Shown one piece after another: positions 27,927 through 36,238 of a DNA stretch of 64,000 nt. The stretch is from a virus. The notes below the pieces were generated by a model. It had not been told where the DNA came from. It was given only the letters and a program-made list of their open reading frames with translations, and did no database searches. The position numbers and the translations under genes were made by a program. Location of the stretch: IMG/VR virus record IMGVR_UViG_3300020171_000018, positions 1 through 64,000 of that record, one strand, 5' to 3'. Numbering within the stretch: the stretch's first letter is position 1; every line of letters starts with the position of its first letter.

Positions 27927-28394
27927 TCATGCTATCCTCAGTGGAGTCAGCACCCTCGTCCTGATGGTAGTCACCTTGCTGCGCACGTCTTCAATTTCGG
28001 ATATGACGGCAGAGACGGCGATGCTCAGGCTGTAGGTCACGTAGTCAGCAGGAGCCAGCGGGTCATGTGGGTCAGGTCCATTGGCTGCTGCGGTGATGAA
28101 GTTGCCCCCTGTGATGCTTACTCGCACAAAGGATGGCCCTCCTCTGTCCGCAGCCTTCAGTCGCCAGCCGTTCAGCAGCTCCACGGTCAACCCGGTCTTG
28201 AGGCCACCACCTAGGTCATTCTGCCCGGATGCCCTGGCGACAATCTTGCTGTCCATGTGGTTCAGGTTGGCCGAGGCATCATGGGCAGAGTCGTAGATTT
28301 CTTGGAGCGTGATGGTCACGTAGGCTATCTGCAACTCCATAATCTGCGTATCGAAGTTGAAGTCGAACTTCCCAAAGGTCTGAGTGTTAGCCAC
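27927..28394 (-). CDS. Putative structural protein
   Basis: ITLQEIYD..ASGQNDLGGGLKTGLTVELLNGW, resembling the N-terminus of 28674..31166. Confidence 0.55.
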   Translation of the reverse strand: MANTQTFGKFDFNFDTQIMELQIAYVTITLQEIYDSAHDASANLNHMDSKIVARASGQNDLGGGLKTGLTVELLNGWRLKAADRGGPSFVRVSITGGNFITAAANGPDPHDPLAPADYVTYSLSIAVSAVISEIEDVRSKVTTIRTRVLTPLRIA

Positions 28395-28677
28395 TAGTGG
28401 CTTCCTGCAACAGGTCTAGCAGTTCGACTTTATGGGCTTTCTCGTTCTTGATGCCCCCCTCAAACATCAGAACATTCGCGTCGCACTGGTCAATCGCTGC
28501 CCTCAATGCCTTCGGGTCATACCGAGTCTTGCGGGGGAGGGACATTTTGACGCTCAACTGGCCCGCCCTCGCAAGCTCCATTACATGGTTCCAGCACAGC
28601 GGGAGGTTGTCCTCCCGCCGTGTGACCACAGCATCCTCGTGACACCCGTTCTGTCCGCAAGCACCTAAGTTCTTCAT
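28387..28677 (-). CDS. Small Cys/coiled-coil protein
   Basis: CGQNGC..LCWNH; overlaps both neighbours. Confidence 0.5.
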   Translation of the reverse strand: MKNLGACGQNGCHEDAVVTRREDNLPLCWNHVMELARAGQLSVKMSLPRKTRYDPKALRAAIDQCDANVLMFEGGIKNEKAHKVELLDLLQEATSG

Positions 28678-31166
28678 GTGGCGTTCGGGTCTGGGGTGCG
28701 GGTGGCCGTTGCCGACAGACCCGTTGTGCCTATGCTCCCTGTAGACTCGAACGGTACGATTGGCACGCCTGCTGATTCCCTCACCCGGATAATCACCGAG
28801 ATTGCAGTCGTCTGCACGATGTCGTTGGACTCGCTTGCAGCGTCCGCCACGCGGTCCAGGTAGGGCACATAGGCGTCGTCGTCTGTACCATATGCCCTGA
28901 CCAGCCTGTTTATCTGGTAGGTGTCAGTCGACACCTGACCAGCGATGGGCGGGCTGATGGTAAGCTCCGTGGCAGTCACCGCCGTCACATAGCTGCTGAG
29001 TGCCCGGGTGACGTTGTACACGATGTCTCCCACCAGCACGGGCTCTGCACCCAGCCAGTTGGCACCCGAGTTCACCATGAGGGTGGTTGTAGTATTTGCT
29101 GTGAGCGTCCCTGCGGAGTTCGTCACCACCGTCAGCACGAATGTGACGCCGCTAAAGCTGGAGAACCGATACCTGTCCTCGATTGCCAGTACCGTGTCAA
29201 TGACGCGGATGGCCGCTCGGTTGATGTCTTTGCCGTCTGGCACATCCAACTGAATGGTTGCGTGTCCGTCCCCATCGTCAGTGATAACGATGTCCAGGTC
29301 ACTCAGGTTGTTGCCCGCCGCCAGGTTGAACGTAGCGTGCTTGTGCTCAGCACCTACTGGGGTCTGCGTGGGGAGCTTGAGGACTGCCCCGCTGGCGTCC
29401 ACCTGGAATACAGCTACGGAGTCTCCAGCCACCAGACCGCCTACCGTGACAGGCACTGTGTTCGGCGGAGCCTGCGTTGAGCCGTCGTCTCCAATCAGGG
29501 TGTAGTTCTGCTTGTCCGCCGTCGCCATAAGCTTGACGTAGACGCCCCTGGCTCCGAACAGCTTGCCTCCTGCAAATGTACCGAAAGCGGCAGCTTTGGG
29601 ACTTGAGATTGCCGTCACAACGGTACAGTTGGCCGCCGTCAACGTCGGGGTAGTAATCTGCTCCGAGGTCTGGAAGGTCCCATCGAGCCGTGTCACCATG
29701 AGGTATCCCGCCGCACCTGAAGCAGTGGCACTGGCCACGACACCCTTTGCACCTGAGGTTCCACCCGTCACGACCTCGCCCACCACAGCGTTGCCCGTCG
29801 CACCGTTGTAGTCGAGCCGTACCTCGACGCCCTTGTAAAACTGCCCCTGTACTGCTAGGGCTGCACCGGAGTCAATATCCGCTGTGACCCCACGTCGCAT
29901 CCTGTACTGGAGCACCTCATAGGTGTCCTTCATCAACTCGGCGCTGCAGTCAATCTCGACGGAGTAAAGGATTGGGCCATTACCGTTGAGCAGGTCACGG
30001 CTGATGCGTCCAAAGGTGATGGTCACATCGGACTGCGGCGCAACAGCAGCATTGATGTTGGTGATGGTGCCTACCGTGGCGACAGCACTGCTGGACTGGC
30101 CTTCGAGTACGTCACCCACAGCTATGTCAAGGTGGCCTAGCTGCATGATGTCCAGCGTGATGGTCGGGTTGCTGCCGGACTTCGCTCGTATGTAGCCAAC
30201 GAAGCCCTTGTTGGAAGGCGTCGTTGGGACCTTGATAACCTCACCCACCGTGAACGTCCCACTGGATGAGGTGGTGGTCAACCGCCTCGTGCCATCCGTG
30301 TTGTTGATGTCTGTGGCGGTGGCGAAGGCGATAACGCTGTTACCACCAATCTTGCTGGCCTCAAAGTTGTCGTACACGGTGCCCTCCTTATGGGCAAAGA
30401 ACTGTACGCGGCCAGCGTTTATAGCCTTTCCCGCCTCCTGCGTCGCCACTAGGATGTCTATCTGCCCCAGTGAGCCGAGGGCCCCGTTGGTCTCTGTGGC
30501 TGATGCATGTTCTGGAAGCACCCCGATAGGGATGCCTACTGCCGACCTGTCCTGTACGGCGTACAGTTTGGTATCGGGAGTTCCCGCTACCTGGGCGTGA
30601 ATCGTGCCCAGGGTGCTGAACTGTGACCAGAAGTTCTCGCCGGTGGCGGAGCCGCCAGTTTGGAATGTGGCGGTGAAGTTGCCCGCAGCTACGGAGTTGC
30701 TGACCGTATATGCCTCGGTTGCGTTGTTGAAGGTGCCGGTAAGTACTCTGATATAGACGACACCTATCTCCGAGCCATACCGCTGGTCCCAGCCCAGAAT
30801 CTTTCCAGTGGCGGTCGATGTAGTACCCGTGATGGTCTCACCACGGTCATCGGCCTCGAACATCACGCCCGCGCCAGAGGCGTTATAGGAGATTGCTCGA
30901 ATCACCCCGGTCGCCCATCCACTGGTCGTGAGAGAGCCTGTCTTGATGTACTGAAGCGAGTCCGAGTCTATAAACCAGCCATTTATCATGGTGAACTGAG
31001 TCGGTGTCTGTGCCGACATGGGTACCTGGTCATCCATCTGGTTCAGGGCATCGAACAGGTCCTGCAACTCTGAGTACATCGTCTGGGCACTGTAAATGTC
31101 CGTTCCAGTCAGGTGCCGTATGATTTTGTTGGCATAGTCAATGCTGAAGTCGCTTAGGAATGCCAT
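28674..31166 (-). CDS. Large virion structural/fibre-like protein
   Basis: 830 aa, T/G/A/S-rich, repeated GE.ITG.TS.A.G modules; GAGGAGG RBS. Confidence 0.7.
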   Translation of the reverse strand: MAFLSDFSIDYANKIIRHLTGTDIYSAQTMYSELQDLFDALNQMDDQVPMSAQTPTQFTMINGWFIDSDSLQYIKTGSLTTSGWATGVIRAISYNASGAGVMFEADDRGETITGTTSTATGKILGWDQRYGSEIGVVYIRVLTGTFNNATEAYTVSNSVAAGNFTATFQTGGSATGENFWSQFSTLGTIHAQVAGTPDTKLYAVQDRSAVGIPIGVLPEHASATETNGALGSLGQIDILVATQEAGKAINAGRVQFFAHKEGTVYDNFEASKIGGNSVIAFATATDINNTDGTRRLTTTSSSGTFTVGEVIKVPTTPSNKGFVGYIRAKSGSNPTITLDIMQLGHLDIAVGDVLEGQSSSAVATVGTITNINAAVAPQSDVTITFGRISRDLLNGNGPILYSVEIDCSAELMKDTYEVLQYRMRRGVTADIDSGAALAVQGQFYKGVEVRLDYNGATGNAVVGEVVTGGTSGAKGVVASATASGAAGYLMVTRLDGTFQTSEQITTPTLTAANCTVVTAISSPKAAAFGTFAGGKLFGARGVYVKLMATADKQNYTLIGDDGSTQAPPNTVPVTVGGLVAGDSVAVFQVDASGAVLKLPTQTPVGAEHKHATFNLAAGNNLSDLDIVITDDGDGHATIQLDVPDGKDINRAAIRVIDTVLAIEDRYRFSSFSGVTFVLTVVTNSAGTLTANTTTTLMVNSGANWLGAEPVLVGDIVYNVTRALSSYVTAVTATELTISPPIAGQVSTDTYQINRLVRAYGTDDDAYVPYLDRVADAASESNDIVQTTAISVIIRVRESAGVPIVPFESTGSIGTTGLSATATRTPDPNAT

Positions 31167-31181
31167 GTCGTCCTCCTCATG

Positions 31182-32918
31182 CTACAGATTTGGGTCTACC
31201 GATAATGCTATGGTTGAAACCAGTCCCGTTGCAGGAATCGTTGAAGGAGTCGAAATGGGAACGTATCGGGTGCTTCCTACGGATGTCTTGCGCACCCGTA
31301 TTGTAACGGCCTTTGGGGTTGAGCCAGGATAGCTTCCAGAGGCTATCCCGTCTGGCGCCACACTCAGTGTATTCATGTACTCATCGTTGGTCGTTGCGTC
31401 GTAGACGCCTACCCGTGCGTCTATCACTGCCACTGCGCCTTGGTCAACGATGGTCAGGGTAATATCCACTGAAGAAGAGAAGGTCATTGTGCCCGCGCCA
31501 GCGTTCTCTGCGGTCAGCCCTGTTGTGCCCCCAACAATGGCAACAACAGTGTTGCTGGCCCCCTCATAGCGTACAGCCAGAGCGACCGTTCCAAACGTGA
31601 GGTTGGTGAACGTCAGGGTAGGCGAGGGGGTACTCTCCACCACGATGGAGTGAAAGGCAGGGTTCACAAACAGCGAACTCTGGCAGTTTGTGCTGTTGTC
31701 CCACTTCACTGCGCCGTCCAATGTCCCAACAATCGAGTTCAGTATGTTGCAGTTGCGGACTTTGGCTGCCCCTAGGTAGACACGTCCACAGGCATCGAAC
31801 GTGGTGCCGAATATCTCGTCGCTAACGTCGCAGTTAGTGAAGTCAATGGCGTTGGCTTCGTCCGCCCGCTCACAGTTCTTGAAGGTTGTAGCATAGAGGT
31901 CAAAGTCCTCCACCGCAGCGGTCCTGGTAAGACGCCACCCCTGCCGTGTAGACCCTGAGTTGATTTCGGGGTTCGCCGCCACGGAGAAACTCGGCCCGCT
32001 GCGTCCTCGGTCAGTACCCACAGCCACGCCAAACGTAACCACCGTATCACCCGATGGAGTCGTGGCATTGCCCACCACATCAAGTCCCCAGTAGCACAGC
32101 CCCGCTGCGTCCTCGTCGGGAACCGCCTTGACCCTGCTGGTGCCGTTGTAGTACATGGGAGTTTCCCAGACAAGGTTTTCTGCCTGACTGGAGAAGGTCA
32201 AGCCTGCAGCCGCAACGGCGTCGCCCAGCACAAACTTACACCTACAGAAGAAGGTGCCTGCCTTTTCAATAATCATGCCGTAGCGTCGGCTCTTGGTACC
32301 CCAGTCCCAGTCCGCTATCTCCTTGAAGCCCGCACCTGCAACCGCCACGGTGCCGGATACCCGTATCTCACCACGCCCATAGCATATCTGGTCTATGGCG
32401 AAGTTCTGACCTTTGGCGGTGCCAGTCGTTGTGATTGTCGCTCCAAAGTACTGAATGCTGGAAAGGGTCAGTCCAGCGCCACCGTAGGTGGAACGTGTCT
32501 GACTTGGGTCAATCACGTACATCACCCAACCATCACTATCAGGAATACCATAGTCAGAGCCACCCACGTAATACTCGTTATAATCAGTGGTAGTAGTACC
32601 AAGGCGAATGGAGAGGCCACCAAGCGCAAGAGTTTGGATTAGCTTTGGCGTGTTGCAGCGCAGCCACATGAAGATGAGCATCTTGTAGGCTGCTCCACCT
32701 GAGGCGAAGTTGAGTCCCGACCCCCTGTTGTACCACGCCCCCTTTGTGACTGCACCCGATACCGCTTTTGAGATACAACCAGCACCAGACCCAGCCGTCC
32801 GCTGCACCCAAGTGTCAGTTTCATCCACTATTGAAGTAGTGCCAATTTGAATCCACACTGACCCACCGGCATCGGCATCGTTCAGCACCGTTAGGTCTGT
32901 GCTTATTGCGAGTGTCAT
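31182..32918 (-). CDS. Virion structural protein, partly beta-helical
   Basis: 578 aa; C-terminus (VTIRVRK..YVP.ST..TI..TGL) paralogous to that of 28674..31166. Confidence 0.65.
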   Translation of the reverse strand: MTLAISTDLTVLNDADAGGSVWIQIGTTSIVDETDTWVQRTAGSGAGCISKAVSGAVTKGAWYNRGSGLNFASGGAAYKMLIFMWLRCNTPKLIQTLALGGLSIRLGTTTTDYNEYYVGGSDYGIPDSDGWVMYVIDPSQTRSTYGGAGLTLSSIQYFGATITTTGTAKGQNFAIDQICYGRGEIRVSGTVAVAGAGFKEIADWDWGTKSRRYGMIIEKAGTFFCRCKFVLGDAVAAAGLTFSSQAENLVWETPMYYNGTSRVKAVPDEDAAGLCYWGLDVVGNATTPSGDTVVTFGVAVGTDRGRSGPSFSVAANPEINSGSTRQGWRLTRTAAVEDFDLYATTFKNCERADEANAIDFTNCDVSDEIFGTTFDACGRVYLGAAKVRNCNILNSIVGTLDGAVKWDNSTNCQSSLFVNPAFHSIVVESTPSPTLTFTNLTFGTVALAVRYEGASNTVVAIVGGTTGLTAENAGAGTMTFSSSVDITLTIVDQGAVAVIDARVGVYDATTNDEYMNTLSVAPDGIASGSYPGSTPKAVTIRVRKTSVGSTRYVPISTPSTIPATGLVSTIALSVDPNL

Positions 32919-33121
32919 GGATAAGCCTCGTCAAGTGCGGCCTGTAGCTCTGCCTCAGTCAGTGTATCATCCCACGGACCATTGTTCTTGACACCTCTCT
33001 CAATAACACAGTGCCCCTTCACGCACATGACACCAAAGCGGGCAATGTTCACCTTGAGCACCCACACTATCTCCTTGTCCAGTGAGCATCGTCCATAGAC
33101 CGCGACATCGCTTACTAGCAT
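32915..33121 (-). CDS. Small Cys/His protein
   Basis: 68 aa, tightly coupled to neighbours. Confidence 0.45.
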   Translation of the reverse strand: MLVSDVAVYGRCSLDKEIVWVLKVNIARFGVMCVKGHCVIERGVKNNGPWDDTLTEAELQAALDEAYP

Positions 33122-33122
33122 A

Positions 33123-33635
33123 TTAAGCCACCCTCTTCCGCCAGAGCTGGTAGGTGTATGTCCTGTTCACACCTGCCATTTGCTGTAGCGTGAGCTTGAG
33201 GCCATACTTGGCAGGTTTGGTCGTAATGAATAGAACGAACAGGGTTTGAGCATCCAAGTAGGTCTCCTCCGCATACTTGAGATAGGTTGTAGGACCCGTC
33301 ACGAGGCTCATGTACTGGCGGATGATTAGCGTGTCGCCAGCCTGCATTGGACTCAGGCCAACATAGCCCTCTAAGTACCTGCTGGGGTTGCCTGCCGTCT
33401 CGTCTAGGATGATGTTCTGCTCAAGGCCGTCTGCGACGATGGTTCCCTCGATGGCGGCGTCGAAAGCTTCTATCCTATCTATGCGGGCCTTTCTGGCACC
33501 CGTACCAGCCTCGAAGGTCGCGTCCTCACCCAAGAGGTCCGTCCTGGGTTGACCGGTAAGAGCGGTCAGCGCCCTAGTCGCGTGTCCCCATATCTCACCT
33601 ACGCTTGCGCCTCCTCTAGCCGGAAAGTCAGGCAT
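33123..33635 (-). CDS. Small beta-sandwich virion-type protein
   Basis: Paralogous to 33646..34002 (L.GYV.LS....G..........Y.EETY....YGLK.T). Confidence 0.6.
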   Translation of the reverse strand: MPDFPARGGASVGEIWGHATRALTALTGQPRTDLLGEDATFEAGTGARKARIDRIEAFDAAIEGTIVADGLEQNIILDETAGNPSRYLEGYVGLSPMQAGDTLIIRQYMSLVTGPTTYLKYAEETYLDAQTLFVLFITTKPAKYGLKLTLQQMAGVNRTYTYQLWRKRVA

Positions 33636-33645
33636 GGCTTACCCC

Positions 33646-34002
33646 TCACATCTCGCTGAAGAACTCGTAATCTACATCAACATCCGGCCCTGCCACCGTC
33701 CGAACCGTGACCTTTAGCCCATAGGTATCCGGGCGCCCCTCGATAAAGACCACCGGGCTGGGCAGGGGTGCCGTATAGGTCTCCTGATGGTACTGTTGCC
33801 AAGCGCCCCCTGGCCTTACTTTCACGTAGAGCGCCACAACAACGGAGCCGCCCGGTGCCAACTTTGACAGGTCTACGTAGCCCGATAGTTTGTGGGGGAC
33901 GCCCCCAGATGCCTCAACGAGTGGGGACTCTGCATTGCTGCACAGAACGCTCCCAGAGCCCAACTCGTAAAGTCCCCGCACCCTAACCGTAGTGATTCCC
34001 AT
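33646..34002 (-). CDS. Small beta-sandwich virion-type protein
   Basis: Paralog of 33123..33635; ATG 34002 follows the upstream stop. Confidence 0.6.
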   Translation of the reverse strand: MGITTVRVRGLYELGSGSVLCSNAESPLVEASGGVPHKLSGYVDLSKLAPGGSVVVALYVKVRPGGAWQQYHQETYTAPLPSPVVFIEGRPDTYGLKVTVRTVAGPDVDVDYEFFSEM

Positions 34003-34006
34003 GATT

Positions 34007-34573
34007 CTACCTTCGCCATCCTTCTTGCCCGGGGATGGCCGTTGCGTCCCCCTGCTCGATGGGGGTCTTTCCTTCAATGACGCTCAATCGAATAGCCGCC
34101 GTAGCCCCAGCCACCGCCGTTTGGAAGAACAACCTGTAGATAATCGGGTAGCGAAGGTCCACTCCGTAGCTCTCAGTTGGCAGTACGAAGTGGGCGTACA
34201 TCAGAGCGTCCTGATTATTTATAGCCACACCTACATTGTTGGGCCCGTCGTTTATCACATTGAATGAGATGCAGGGTCTGGGCAACTCGAACCGAGTCAC
34301 GGCGAAGCCTATGGTGCGCGAGTACCCCTTACTCCCCGTTGGAATCTTGCTCTCTTCCAACCTACGCAATCGGGCAAGCTGAGCGGCAGAGGCGGCCTGC
34401 ACAAGAAACGACATCACATCAGGCCGCATCCGGGCCTCATCCCCACTCAGCACCTCTGACCCCTGCAACCCCTGAGGAGTGGCAAGCGCCGACTCCTTCA
34501 GCAAGCGGGCCAAGTCTGTTCTGTCTAGGTCTGTTCTGTCTTGGTTACTGGGGTTACTGGCGTTTTGCGTCAC
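34007..34573 (-). CDS. Putative single jelly-roll-like protein
   Basis: Beta-strand pattern SFNVINDGPNNVGVAIN..VLPTESY..IYRLFFQT. Confidence 0.4.
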   Translation of the reverse strand: MTQNASNPSNQDRTDLDRTDLARLLKESALATPQGLQGSEVLSGDEARMRPDVMSFLVQAASAAQLARLRRLEESKIPTGSKGYSRTIGFAVTRFELPRPCISFNVINDGPNNVGVAINNQDALMYAHFVLPTESYGVDLRYPIIYRLFFQTAVAGATAAIRLSVIEGKTPIEQGDATAIPGQEGWRR

Positions 34574-34874
34574 GGTGTATCTCCACCTCGGTTGGCAGCA
34601 GCGTCACGGGGTCCCACCGAATCTTCCAGACTTCCTTGTTGGTGTACGTGGCAGGGGCAGCAATAGGGGCAGCAACAGGAGCGCTAATGCTGTTGTTGGG
34701 GTTGCGAGAACGCAGCCATACCACTAACCCTATGGCAGCAACTAATCCCACGGCCAGCCACAGGCCAGTGTTGTCACGGTGCTCTTTACGGTTCTCTCCG
34801 CTCTCTCTGCGGGCCAGCCTTCTTGACTTAGTCGCCACGATTAGCCCCCTCCCACTCCTGTTACGGCCCCCCAA
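34554..34874 (-). CDS. Single-TM membrane protein
   Basis: GLWLAVGLVAAIGLVVWL TM; YTNKEVWKIRW tail. Confidence 0.55.
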   Translation of the reverse strand: MGGRNRSGRGLIVATKSRRLARRESGENRKEHRDNTGLWLAVGLVAAIGLVVWLRSRNPNNSISAPVAAPIAAPATYTNKEVWKIRWDPVTLLPTEVEIHRDAKRQ

Positions 34875-35442
34875 TGGTAGCTAGGGGAGCAACCGTCTCA
34901 GGAGTCAACTTCCCGCCTGGTACGGTAGTCTCCATCCCATACACCCGCCCTTGAATCCAAGTCCTAGCCATAGCGTGATCCAACTCCCCGTCGTTGTCCA
35001 AGTCGTAGTAGGCTATGTCGGCGGGGAGACCCGCTTGACGGGCAAGACTGGCAGCCAGGATCGCCGTATCATCACAGTCTCTCCATTTTGGCACCTGTCC
35101 CTGGGCCAGCATAGAAGCGAACTCATCAGGACTCGTGATGCTCTCCATGCCAACTGGGTCATCAGTGTACCCCACCGTGTCCGATATGTAGGTCTGGATG
35201 GCCTGGGCCGCCTGAGGGGTGCCGGGGTTGGCGCCTGCTTGGGACAGCACCGAGCGGGCAAGGTGGCTCACGGACTCGCTCTGCTCCCCACGGTGCAGGA
35301 ACTCCTGAGAGGCTTGCATGACCTGATTGGCGGAGTCGGGGCTGATTGGGAACTGGACTACCTCGCCAATGCTGCTGCCGATACCTGGCCGCCCCTTGAC
35401 CCCAGTAGACCCCAATCCTGACCCTTGGCTCAGTCTCAGCAC
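34861..35442 (-). CDS. Transglutaminase-like cysteine protease
   Basis: VGYTDDP.GME.ITSP...DCDDTAILAASL...DHAMAR...METT (Cys-His-acid triad). Confidence 0.8.
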   Translation of the reverse strand: MLRLSQGSGLGSTGVKGRPGIGSSIGEVVQFPISPDSANQVMQASQEFLHRGEQSESVSHLARSVLSQAGANPGTPQAAQAIQTYISDTVGYTDDPVGMESITSPDEFASMLAQGQVPKWRDCDDTAILAASLARQAGLPADIAYYDLDNDGELDHAMARTWIQGRVYGMETTVPGGKLTPETVAPLATIGGP

Positions 35443-35464
35443 TGCTACCCCCTCTCCCCGTATC

Positions 35465-35806
35465 TCACCCGTATCTTAGCACCAACGGGGGTGAGAATCG
35501 GAGGTTGTTCTTACCCGCTTTGCCTCGCAACACCTCAATTGTACCACTGCCCTCTAGGAAAGCCTCTTGTAATACACGGCCATAGAGGTCATCACCGGGG
35601 AGCACCCGCAACTCTCCAACCGATTTCCCACCAAGCAGCTCATCCAGTGACCAGACCGCCACGGCTCCACTATTGGGGAACACCACGGCGAGTTTTCGGT
35701 CGTGGGGCATTCCTCTGGACTCGTCTACGAACTCCACCAGTTGAAACCCAGTACCCCCCACGCCGTTACCGTGGTAGGCCACCTCATGCACCTTGATGCG
35801 CCCCAC
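35465..35806 (-). CDS. Hypothetical phage protein
   Basis: VAYHGNGVGGTGF motif; 113 aa. Confidence 0.5.
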   Translation of the reverse strand: MGRIKVHEVAYHGNGVGGTGFQLVEFVDESRGMPHDRKLAVVFPNSGAVAVWSLDELLGGKSVGELRVLPGDDLYGRVLQEAFLEGSGTIEVLRGKAGKNNLRFSPPLVLRYG

Positions 35807-35819
35807 TGCGCCCCCTTTC

Positions 35820-36170
35820 TCACTTCAATAGCCTGTTGACGACTTCCACTACCAAGCCGCCCAGGGCCACCGCTCCTGCCCAGGGGCTGAACTTGACTAT
35901 GATGTTGCGGGGCCTAGTCCTCTTCTGGTGGTTCTGCTCAAGGGTCTGCACCACCAAGTTGGGGATGGTCTGCTCCAAGCTTCTCACCATCCACCAGGCC
36001 GAGGAGAGTTGGATTGCAGTGGGAGTCGCGGACATGCCTCTCGCGGCCACCTCGTCCAGCCCTACCTCCACCAGCCTGTCCATCTGTGAGAGGTCCCTAG
36101 TTGGCGTCATATCGGTCTCCTCTTGGTGAGAGTCCATTGTGCCCCACCTCTTTGCGCACAGAATACCCAA
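35820..36170 (-). CDS. Membrane-anchored hypothetical protein
   Basis: C-terminal TM; start uncertain. Confidence 0.45.
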   Translation of the reverse strand: MGILCAKRWGTMDSHQEETDMTPTRDLSQMDRLVEVGLDEVAARGMSATPTAIQLSSAWWMVRSLEQTIPNLVVQTLEQNHQKRTRPRNIIVKFSPWAGAVALGGLVVEVVNRLLK

Positions 36171-36238
36171 TCGTATTCTCTCCGTACAGGGAGAGGTGGC
36201 GCATCAGTACAAAAGAGCGGGTCACACAAGTACCTACT

